From an uncultured Chloroflexia bacterium (GTDB lineage Bacteria > Chloroflexota > Anaerolineae > B4-G1 > SLSP01), in contig CAVVUS010000024.1 of the NCBI GenBank assembly GCA_963751345.1, forward strand, positions 103,918 through 167,917: a DNA stretch of 64,000 bases, read 5' to 3'. The notes below the pieces were generated by a model that was not told the DNA's origin, did no database searches, and saw only the letters and a list, made by a program, of their open reading frames with translations. How positions within the stretch are numbered: the first letter of the stretch is position 1; each line of letters begins with the position of its first letter. Below, one piece after another: positions 10,491-19,125 of the stretch. The position numbers were made by a program, and so were the translations under genes.

Positions 10491-11913
10491 GGCGCAGCTC
10501 CGCCCCCAGCATCGTCATCGTCTCCGCGAAGCCAGGGAACGAGTCCGGGATACATTCGGCTCCCATGACCTTCGTCTTCCCCCTCGCAATCAGTCCCGCG
10601 ACGACCAGGGCCATACCCAAACGGTGATCTCCTTGGCTGTCCACTTCGGCGCCCTGCAGCCGCGTCGGCCCTGCCACGACAAAGCCATCCGGCCGAGGTT
10701 CGATCTCAGCCCCTAGCTTGCGGAGCTCCATCACTACCGAAGCAATCCGATCGGTCTCCTTCACGCGCAGCTCCGCCGCGTCGCGGACCACCGTCGTGCC
10801 CTCTGCCTGGGTGGCCAAAACGGCAAGGATTGGGAACTCATCGATCATCCTCACCACGATATCCCCACTCACCTCGGCGGCCATAAGGCCGGAAGCGCTC
10901 GCCGTCACGTCCGCGACGGGCTCCCCGCCCTGTTCGCGTACGTTGTCCACGGTCACGTCGGCTCCCATCGAAAGCAGGACCTCCAACAGACCGGTACGAG
11001 TTCGGTTGACCCCGACCCCCAGGAGGGTCACCCTGGCACTTGGGATACACAGTGCGGCAGCCAGCAGGAACGCCGCGGAAGAGAAATCACCCGGGACGAC
11101 CCAGGTCAACGCCCGCAGATAATCGATGGCCCCAGGATCAAGCCTGGCGGTGACGGCATCGAACGCTATCGCCAAGGTGCTCGCTCCGCCCTCCGAGGAA
11201 ACCGCCGCCAGTCTGCCGGCGCTGGATGAGGATCTCTCGCCGGTCTGCCTGAGCGCGATCTGCGCCATCAGCATCCGCTCGGTGTGATCCCGAGCCGGGC
11301 CCGGAAGCAGTACGTTGACCGGCCCATCGGCATACAACCCGGCGAGCAGAATCGCGCTCTTGACCTGGGCGCTTGCCACCGGCAGCACGTGATCGGAGCC
11401 CCTCAGGGGGCCCCGTCCCCGGATGAGCAGCGGAGCGTGACCCTCCGTGTCCGTGATGTCGGCGCCCATCTGCCTCAGCGGCTCCGTGATGCGACGCATC
11501 GGCCGGCGCAGCAACTGGGACTCCCCTGTAAGCTCGGAGTCAAAGGACTGCCCTGCCAGGATGCCCGAGAGCAGGCGCATCGTCGTCCCGGAGCGCCGGC
11601 AGTTGAGTGGACGATCGGGCGCCACCAGACCATGGAGCCCGCGCCCTTTGATCTGCAGGCGTGGGCCATATCCGGGCGTCGCCACGGCGCCGACCGAGGG
11701 CCGATCTACTTGAGCCCCCAACTGCCGGACGCAGTCCAGCGTTGCCAGGCAGTCTCCGGAAGGCAGAAACCCCTCGACGACGCTCGTCCCATCGGCCAGG
11801 GCAGCAAGCATCAGTGCGCGATGGGAGATCGACTTGTCTCCCGGCACCGAGACCGTCCCCTCCAGCGTTGCGGACCCGCTAGCGCCGAATCCCTGAACGA
11901 TCAGCCAAGTCAT
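10480..11913 (-). CDS. aroA: EPSP synthase
   Basis: 'PGDKSISHR', 'SGTTMR', 'SAQVKS', 'ELRVKETDR', 'DHR'. Confidence 0.96.
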   Translation of the reverse strand: MTWLIVQGFGASGSATLEGTVSVPGDKSISHRALMLAALADGTSVVEGFLPSGDCLATLDCVRQLGAQVDRPSVGAVATPGYGPRLQIKGRGLHGLVAPDRPLNCRRSGTTMRLLSGILAGQSFDSELTGESQLLRRPMRRITEPLRQMGADITDTEGHAPLLIRGRGPLRGSDHVLPVASAQVKSAILLAGLYADGPVNVLLPGPARDHTERMLMAQIALRQTGERSSSSAGRLAAVSSEGGASTLAIAFDAVTARLDPGAIDYLRALTWVVPGDFSSAAFLLAAALCIPSARVTLLGVGVNRTRTGLLEVLLSMGADVTVDNVREQGGEPVADVTASASGLMAAEVSGDIVVRMIDEFPILAVLATQAEGTTVVRDAAELRVKETDRIASVVMELRKLGAEIEPRPDGFVVAGPTRLQGAEVDSQGDHRLGMALVVAGLIARGKTKVMGAECIPDSFPGFAETMTMLGAELRHGE

Positions 11914-12784
11914 GGGAACATCTCCTTGCGCGTGTCCCTGATATAGGACAGCGTCTCACGCAGCGCGGCTTCATCTCCATCCTCAACCAACTGGATAAGA
12001 CGTCCCAACTCGGCGGCGCAATGTCGCGCGGCCTTCACGACCTCGTCGCGGTTTGTCGTGAGGATATCGACCATCATCGTGACGTCGCTGCCTGCCACGC
12101 GCGACGTGTCGCGATACCCCCCTGCGACGATCTGCCAGGCCAGGGGATCGGTCGATGTTGTGGCATCCGCCGTGCTCACGAGCGCGCAGGCAAGTAGGTA
12201 GGGGAGATGGCTCACCGTACCCACGAGATAGTCCTGACGCTCGCCGTCGATGACCAGTGGGGTTGCTCCCGCGCTCCGCACCAGGGCTTCCCCCAGACTC
12301 AACGCTGCCTCCGACGTCCGAGGAAGCGGAGACAGGATGAACGTGCGGCTCTGAAAGAGCGTCGGATCCGCAGCTTCGATACCTGAGGTCTCCTTGCCAC
12401 ACATCGGGTGCCCACCCAGGGGCTGTACGTGATCGGGTAAGCCGTCATCGCCTCAAGAACCTTCTCCTTGGTGCTGCCCAGATCGAGAAGGAGCGAACCC
12501 TCTCGCAGCCACGGGCCTATCTCGCCCAGCAGCCTGATAATCGTGCGGACCGGCGTCGCCAGAATCGTAATATCGGCCTCCGCGACCCCTTCCTTCAGGT
12601 CCAGCACGCCACGATCGACAAAGCCCCGGCGCAAGGCGGCCTCCAGGGTCTCAGGGCTGCTGTCTACACCGATAACCTGTGCACAGTGACCACGCAGCGC
12701 GCCCGCCAAAGAGCCGCCCATCAAACCAAGGCCCACAACCGTGACCACAGACTGTGAAAGAGGTTTCATCTCCAACGACGCCAT
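11910..12784 (-). CDS. tyrA: Prephenate dehydrogenase, frameshift near 12440
   Basis: 'GLGLMGGS', 'DLGSTK' in one frame; 'GGHPMCGKE', 'SHLP', '[10 protein letters not shown]' in the next. Confidence 0.9.
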
Positions 12785-12797
12785 ATCTGTCGCCGCC

Positions 12798-13812
12798 CTA
12801 TATCTTTCGTCCGACAGCAGCGGCTATCGGCCGGAGCGAATCCATGAGTTCGGCGAAACGTTCCAGCTTGAGAGACTGCCCTCCGTCCGAGAGCGCCTCC
12901 TCTGGCCGCGGATGGACCTCGATAATCAGGCCATCCGCACCAGCCGCGATGGCTGCCCGCGCGACCGGACTTACCAACTCCCAGTGTCCGGTCCCGTGGC
13001 TCGGATCGACAAGGACGGGTAGATGGCTGAGCTGCTTAAGCAAAGGTATCGCACTGATGTCCAGCGTATTGCGTGTGTAGGGCTCAAAGGTCCGGATGCC
13101 TCGCTCGCAGAGAATCACGCGATTGTTGCCGTGTGACAGGATGTACTCCGCCGACATCAACAACTCCTCGATCGTCGACATCATGCCCCGCTTCAAGAGG
13201 ACGGGGCGCTGAGACTCACCCACGGCGTGCAACAGTGCATAGTTCTGCATACTCCGCGCGCCAATCTGCAGGATGTCGGCGTAGGTCGTGACCAGCGGCA
13301 CCTGTTCGGGAGACATCACCTCTGTCACTATCGGAAGGCCGGTAGCCTCTCTTGCCTCGGCGAGCAGCTTGAGTCCTGTTTCACCGAGACCCTGGAAACT
13401 GTAAGGAGATGTGCGAGGCTTGAACGCCCCCCCGCGTATTGCGTGAGCGCCGGCAGCCTTCACCGCTTCTGCGGTTTCCATGAGCTGGCTCGGCACTCTC
13501 GACAGCACAGGGACCAGCCATCACGATCACTTGCTCACCACCGATAGAAACGCCGTTGATCGGGAAAACGGAGTTCTGCGGATGGAATTCACGACTGGCC
13601 AACTTGAAGGGCCGCAGTACCGGAACGGTGCGCTCCACACCCGACATACGGTCGATCTGCTCGTGATCGATCGGGCGCCCATTGCCAATGACACCGATAA
13701 TCGTGCGCTCCTCGCCTTCGGAAAGATGGACCTGGCATCCCATCTGCTCCACGCGAGCCGAAACGTTGGCGATCTGTGCCGCCGTTGCTCCGTGCTTCAT
13801 AATGATAATCAT
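12798..13812 (-). CDS. aroF: DAHP synthase class I-beta with N-terminal regulatory domain, frameshift near 13490
   Basis: 'MIIIMK...RTIIGVIG...AGPCAVES' then '[15 protein letters not shown]', 'IGARSMQN', 'ERGIRTF', 'DPSH'. Confidence 0.93.
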
Positions 13813-14693
13813 CTCCCCTCCCCCACATTAGCCTCTGTAACAGCACCGTCCCATCTCCACACCTCATCAACCATCGGCGTCGTCGCCGCCGGGTAAGAGC
13901 CCAGCATCTTGACGAACGATGCATGGCGCAGCAACCCCATCAGCGCCGCCTCAGCCGCCAGATCCTGGCAATGCCCCTCGAAGTCGAGATAGAAAGTGTA
14001 GCGCCAGGGCTGATTCAGGCGCGGGCGCGACTCGATCTTGGTGAGGTTGATGCCTCGGTTGGCGAATTCGCCCATGCATTTATACAGTGCCCCGGGGCTG
14101 TGACGCGTGGAGAAGACGACCGACGTTTTCGTGCGTTGGGCTCGGGGCGGATCATCCGTGCCCATGACGAAGAAGCGTGTGTAGTTGAAGTGGAAATCCT
14201 CGATGCCCGGATCCAGGATCTCCAACCCGTACATCTCGGCCGCCAGTCCACTGGCGATCACGGCCACGTCCGGCTCGGGGTTTTCGGCCAAGTCCCGGGC
14301 ACTGCCTGCGGTGTCAAATGCCGGCTCCGGCTTCAGTTCGTAGCGAGACAGGTACCGCTGGCACTGCGCCAGAGCTTGGGGATGGGATCTCACACGGCGT
14401 ATGGCCGCGCGTTGGGTTCCGGGCTGCGCCATCAGCATGTGGCGAACACGCAGGATGACCTCTGCGTTGATCCGTAGATCGCGCTCCAGGAGCAGCTCGT
14501 AAGCGCCTGCAACCGAACCGGCAACCGCGTTCTCGACCGGCAACATGGCGTAGTCAACTCGGCCGGCCTCGACCTCCGGGAACATGTCCTCCAGCCCACG
14601 ACAGGGCAACGTCTCAACGTCCGAGCCAAAATACTGGCGGATGGCCTCCTCTGAATAGGCGCCCGCCACCCCCTGAAAAGCAACGCGTGTCAT
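13809..14693 (-). CDS. pheA: Prephenate dehydratase
   Basis: 'FQGVAGAYSE', 'PVENAVAG', 'SHPQALAQC', 'NYTRF', ACT domain 'INLTKIESRP'. Confidence 0.95.
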   Translation of the reverse strand: MTRVAFQGVAGAYSEEAIRQYFGSDVETLPCRGLEDMFPEVEAGRVDYAMLPVENAVAGSVAGAYELLLERDLRINAEVILRVRHMLMAQPGTQRAAIRRVRSHPQALAQCQRYLSRYELKPEPAFDTAGSARDLAENPEPDVAVIASGLAAEMYGLEILDPGIEDFHFNYTRFFVMGTDDPPRAQRTKTSVVFSTRHSPGALYKCMGEFANRGINLTKIESRPRLNQPWRYTFYLDFEGHCQDLAAEAALMGLLRHASFVKMLGSYPAATTPMVDEVWRWDGAVTEANVGEGR

Positions 14694-15064
14694 ACTCTCC
14701 CCCTCTTCAGATCCGGTCTCAACTGCACTGCATCTCGCAAATAGACATGGTTGATCTCTGCCGGCGCGCGATCCGTGTTCCAATGAACCAGCACCCGAAC
14801 GCAGCGCGGAAGGCTCCCCTCTACCCGCATCTCCTGCATACAGAGAAGGGGTGTTTGCGTCCAGCCCATCTCTCGCGCGACTACCGCAGGATAGACCGCA
14901 TCCAGGTCGGGCGTCGCCGTAAAGATCACGCTGGTAACATCCTCGACTTCCACCCCGTTCTCATCAACGACGGCCATCAACAGCGTGCGTGTGGCCTGAA
15001 TAATGGCGTCCACTGTGTTTTCCGGCACAGTGATGGCGCCCCGAATGCCACGACATCGAACCAT
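14690..15064 (-). CDS. aroH: AroH-type chorismate mutase
   Basis: 'RGIRGAITV', 'FTATPDLDAVYPA', 'CMQEM.V.GSLPRCVR', 'HVYL...LRPD'. Confidence 0.95.
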   Translation of the reverse strand: MVRCRGIRGAITVPENTVDAIIQATRTLLMAVVDENGVEVEDVTSVIFTATPDLDAVYPAVVAREMGWTQTPLLCMQEMRVEGSLPRCVRVLVHWNTDRAPAEINHVYLRDAVQLRPDLKRGRV

Positions 15065-15086
15065 AACAATGCCCCCTTCCAGATAC

Positions 15087-15120
15087 AAAAAAGACGTGGA
15101 GCCGGTCGGCTCCACGTCTT
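15087..15120 (-). terminator. Attenuator terminator of the aro operon leader
   Basis: Minus strand aagacgtggagcc-gacc-ggctccacgtctt followed by more T: 13-bp perfect stem plus U-tract, about 22 nt before the aroH ATG. Confidence 0.9.
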
Positions 15121-15145
15121 GGGTTGCTTTGGGGATTCTACTGAC

Positions 15146-15250
15146 CTACATCGCCCTCCCGGCAACGCAAAGTGGCCGACCCTGGGTGGGGCGGCTAAAA
15201 TAGAAGGTATACATGTAGGTTTTTACAGATTCTCGACTGTGATCGGTCAT
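15146..15250 (-). CDS. Tyr/Phe-rich attenuation leader peptide (34 aa)
   Basis: MTDHSRESVKTYMYTFYFSRPTQGRPLCVAGRAM*; 5 of codons 12-18 are Tyr or Phe; lies between the promoter and the terminator. Confidence 0.82.
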   Translation of the reverse strand: MTDHSRESVKTYMYTFYFSRPTQGRPLCVAGRAM

Positions 15251-15270
15251 AGATACTCAGCCTTAGGTGA

Positions 15271-15309
15271 CGATTAGTACAATACTAATCGCTTCGCGAG
15301 ACTTGTCAA
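15271..15309 (-). promoter_or_regulatory. Sigma70-type promoter of the aro operon with overlapping palindrome
   Basis: TTGACA (15309-15304), 16 nt, TAGTAT; perfect 9-bp inverted repeat CGATTAGTA-N3-TACTAATCG at 15271-15291. Confidence 0.65.
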
Positions 15310-15335
15310 GTGCAAATTGCAGTCCGGCGACAACG

Positions 15336-15728
15336 TCACCCGCTAACGCGCTGCAGGGCCTCCAGCGCGGACGTCAGGGCATCACCCATTGTGCGCAACA
15401 TCGTTTCCCGCGTCTTCAGCGCTTGGGTGACCATCGACTGGTGAATGTCCCACACGGCGCGATCGACCTGATCGTTGTTGTCAACGGGCAGACAGACCGT
15501 CGTGTCGCAGTCGAAATCCACGCGCGTGTACGCCCGCAGTCGCAGTTTGTCGGCGAGCCCGGGATCCAAAAGGTTCAATCCACCATCTGCTAGCATCTTG
15601 ATCTGCGCGCTGGGCGTGGTGAAGGTCCGGACCTCCAACGTACTGATGTCGCTCACAAATGTCTCCGCCTTAGATGCCAGATCTTTGGTGAACTTCTCAA
15701 TTGCGTTTCTCAGATCGCTCTCAGCCAT
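15336..15728 (-). CDS. Hypothetical protein, stand-alone 'domain X' (130 aa)
   Basis: Strong RBS GAGGAGG; visibly homologous to the C-terminus of 16633-19090. Confidence 0.85.
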   Translation of the reverse strand: MAESDLRNAIEKFTKDLASKAETFVSDISTLEVRTFTTPSAQIKMLADGGLNLLDPGLADKLRLRAYTRVDFDCDTTVCLPVDNNDQVDRAVWDIHQSMVTQALKTRETMLRTMGDALTSALEALQRVSG

Positions 15729-15790
15729 TCCTATCCTCCTCATGGATCCTTCGAGAATACGTATGCATCCTCAAGGCAACGGATACCGCT

Positions 15791-16636
15791 CTAGCCGGTC
15801 AGCACACCATCCGGCAAGTGCTCGAACTCGGACAACACGTCGCGGACGTATTTGTACACCGCAGGAATTAACAATATCTGCCCTCCCGGCACGGATGCCT
15901 TGAGTGCCAGGTCTAGCGCCCCGGTGGTCACAACTGAGATCAGTCGCAGTAACGCTCGACGGGACGCCAACGCCAGCTTCACGTCTTCCAGATGGAGCGC
16001 CATATCGAGAGCCGTCAGCCCGATCGACCAAGCCGTCTCGTAATCGCCGGTCCAGTCCACGGTGGTGATCGCAATCAGCTTATCGTCGATCCGCGTCTCA
16101 ACACGGGCCCAATGCTCCACAAGCTGGCGGAGCTGCGTAAGAAGCGCGCTTGTCGCCTCGATCCGCCCGACCTGTAAGGCGAGCTGACCATACGGCTTCA
16201 CCTGTTGAGCCTCTCCAGAGAAGGCTGTCACGGACCCGGCCAGCGCGGTGACCTCGGCGAGCAGCTCACCATCGTGTCGCAGAACGACCTGTCCGCCGTA
16301 GGAGGCCACCGGGCTCAGAGCGCCCAGATGCTGCGAGATGAGGTCCAACTCCTTCATCCGTCGATCAACGATCGCCAGTTGATCGTGCAATACCCGCCGG
16401 GTCTCTCTTGTGGCAGCCGGATGGCGCACCCGCCACACCATCCCATCGAGAGGACCGTCAGCCGCGTAAGCTGCTGGCTCCTCGGGTACAAATGCCGTCC
16501 CGGGCGCGTCCGCCGTCCGAGGCGCGTCCGCCGTCTGAGACGCGTCCGCCGTCCCAGGCGCCAGGTCCCACACACCCAGTGGGTCCTGACCGTCAGGCAG
16601 CGCGAATCCCGACCAGTCGTACGTCGATGCACTCAT
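15791..16636 (-). CDS. Hypothetical protein with divergent domain X and hydrophobic C-terminal hairpin
   Basis: 281 aa; start overlaps the upstream stop (ATGA); 'IAITTVDWTGD...ALHLEDVKLALASRRALL' matches the domain X pattern. Confidence 0.8.
   Translation of the reverse strand: MSASTYDWSGFALPDGQDPLGVWDLAPGTADASQTADAPRTADAPGTAFVPEEPAAYAADGPLDGMVWRVRHPAATRETRRVLHDQLAIVDRRMKELDLISQHLGALSPVASYGGQVVLRHDGELLAEVTALAGSVTAFSGEAQQVKPYGQLALQVGRIEATSALLTQLRQLVEHWARVETRIDDKLIAITTVDWTGDYETAWSIGLTALDMALHLEDVKLALASRRALLRLISVVTTGALDLALKASVPGGQILLIPAVYKYVRDVLSEFEHLPDGVLTG
16503..16556 (-). repeat. 3 x 18-bp in-frame tandem repeat (TADAxx)
   Basis: ggcgcgtccgccgtccga / ggcgcgtccgccgtctga / gacgcgtccgccgtccca. 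Confidence 0.85.
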
Positions 16637-19090
16637 GCCGAACCGATCTTCAGACTATCGAGGAGACGCGTCGCGAGTTCCGCCATCGTAGCCAAGAACT
16701 TAGATCGGCTGTCCTGGGCCTCCTCAACCATCGATTTGTGGATCTCCCATAGAGCGATATCGACCTCGCGGTCGCTGTTCTCGGGCACGTAGACCTCAAG
16801 GTCGCCGTCAAATGCCACCCGCGTGAGCGCGCGAAGCGTAGCAGGGTAATCCGCATGCGTCTCCAGGGCTGCCGCTACCCGTTCGATATCGTCGGTCGAG
16901 TAGGTTTTGACATCCAACGTCACAATATCCTCGGCTGCGTGACCCAGCGAAGTCGCCAACTGATCGGTAAAGGCACGCAGCGAATCCCTCAGCCTCTCAA
17001 ACTGATCCGCCAACCCAAAGGCCACAGCGACCTCAGCGTCGGACATCGCCGCGATCCCCGACACGGAAGGGCCAGGCTCCCGCGACTTGGGCTTGAGTTC
17101 AGCCTCCGCCCATGGTCGAGCGGCGCGGTCCACAGGCGCCGTCACGATAGGAACCTGGCCTTGCTCACTAACCGACGTCTCCATAGCTTCAGGAGCGTAG
17201 ACTTCAGCTTCCGATGGCTCAGCCGCGGGGATCGGGGGCGGCACGGGATAAGCCGCGTCTTGAGTCACCAGCTCCGGCACTACGAGAGATGGACCGCCCT
17301 GGAACTCCTCCGTCGAGGTGGCTGTCTCTTCCTCCTCGGGAGACACCGGCTGCTCCCGGCTCACTTGCTCCTCCGCTCCCTCGACTTCCGGCTCCACCGG
17401 CTCCTCGTCCTCAGCGGGCACCTCCGGGTGCCTCGGGTTCAGGCACCGTGATCGTGCCGGCGTCGGGACCCTCCTCAGACGGCGGTTCGGGAGGCGCAAA
17501 GGGAATGCGTGCCGCCGGGTCTCCTATGACCACATAGCTTCGGGCATCGTTGTTGGCCGTCCATCGATTGGCAAGCTCATAGTCGTCCATATAGCCGGGA
17601 TCCCACTTTAGCTCCTCGAGATCAGCACTCAGATCGGAGCTCAACTCGGCGTAGCGCATATCGAAACTGGTGTCGGTCGCGAGCCCGACCGGCTCGCCGT
17701 TCATCAGCATGCGCATCGCGGTGACAAACGACTGGTTTGTCATGCGCCCGGTTGGGGAGATGAAAGAGTAACCCCACGCCCGCTCCACGTGCCCCAGCAC
17801 GGCCAAGGCGCCCTGTCTGAGCATCTGCTGCGGTAGTGCAGCCGTGAACCCCCGCGGGGCAATCTTCTCCCTTACCTTGAAGGCCTGCGCTGCGAACTGA
17901 TCTAGTTGCGGCGTACCCGCGCCATAGCAGGCGAAGAAGAACGCCATCATGCCCAACAAGTCAGCATCTTCGGCGATGTCCTCGCCGGCGAAGTAGTAGT
18001 CTCTCAGGACGTCTCGACCAACACCCGGCCAATCCTGGCACAACAAAGCGCCCTGTTGCCGCAACTGTGCCGGATGTCCGGCAGGAAACTCAATCCCGTG
18101 GCTGGCACTGAAGAGCAGCGCCGGCGTCTGCGCAGGGTCACCGCCAAGGAGCTGTGTGAGTTGGTCGTGTGTGGCCAGGCCCTCACCCATATAGGGCGGG
18201 TGGATATCCCAATCATCCACCAACCCAAGCTCGAAATCCCGGGCCGCTATCGTGAGATTCTCGTACAGGGGCTGGACCAGATACTGCGAACTCAACTTGG
18301 TCGCCTTGTCCCCCGGATTCTCCGGGGCGAAGAAGGCAGCGCGCCTCGGGAGGGCGATCTGTCCCGTCTCACACGCGACGACGTTCTGCGCATACCGGGC
18401 ATACGCCTCGATGTCGGTCCCGAAATCCAGGCGGCCCACCCCACGCATCACGTCGATTTGGTACTGGAAACGGTAGGGTATCTCCTCGGGCGTGCCGATC
18501 AGGAGCACGTAGAATGGCATCTCCTGGGGGTCGACCAGTCCCGGCCCGACGCCGAGACGCTCGAACACCTGATCCTTACGCTCGCCGGCCCGGTACGCGT
18601 CCCCCCCCTCGTACATGCGAAAGAGATCCCCAGCCTGTTCATGTCGCAGGTCTAGCAGCGGCTGAAGCGCATCCTTGATCTCCTCCCGCACCCGCGGGTG
18701 CATGTCGGCGGGGAACATCACGGCCCACCCCACATCCTCCACGCGCGAGGGATCACCGGCCCCGGGCTTGACCGGATAGGGCGTGCGTGTCGCCGCCTTG
18801 AATCTCAGTTCCTCAAGGCGGACGGCGTCGTGCGACTCCTCAAGTGCAGACTGGACATCTGTGACCCGGGTCAGACGGTCCTCGAGGCCGGTGAGCTCTG
18901 CAAGCTGCCGCTGTCGATCGACGAATTCGCGGTAGTCCTGAGGAATAGGCTTCCCCTGGATGAGCCGCGCCAACTGCTGCGGTGAAAGCGGTGGCTGTCC
19001 ATAGTTGCCAGTGACAGCATTGATCCCGTTGAAGACCAAGCGAGAGGGCTCGTCATCCTCTTCAGGAAGCGCTCTCAACTTATCGGCCAT
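16633..19090 (-). CDS. Gingipain/C25-like (clan CD) cysteine protease + acidic Pro-rich linker + domain X (~818 aa after correcting an extra base near 17425)
   Basis: 'YVLLIG.PEEIP...DV..GVGRL', 'LLFSASHG' (His 18098-18100), 'FFFACYGAG' (Cys 17927-17929), 'YVVIGDP'. 'VPEPEAP' continues as 'EVPAEDEE' in the adjacent frame. Confidence 0.75.
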
Positions 19091-19125
19091 GTTCAGTCTC
19101 CTTTCGACCGGAGCTAACCATCAGG

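Noticed and set aside
15070-15270. T-box riboswitch upstream of the aro/tyrS operon
   Set aside because: No GGTGGNACC T-box motif is visible; the leader peptide and alternative hairpins explain the region better.
15336-16636. Calling the small genes gasdermins or gas-vesicle proteins
   Set aside because: No recognisable gasdermin beta-rich pattern or N-terminal Cys, and no GvpA motif. The gasdermin comparison is only a functional analogy.
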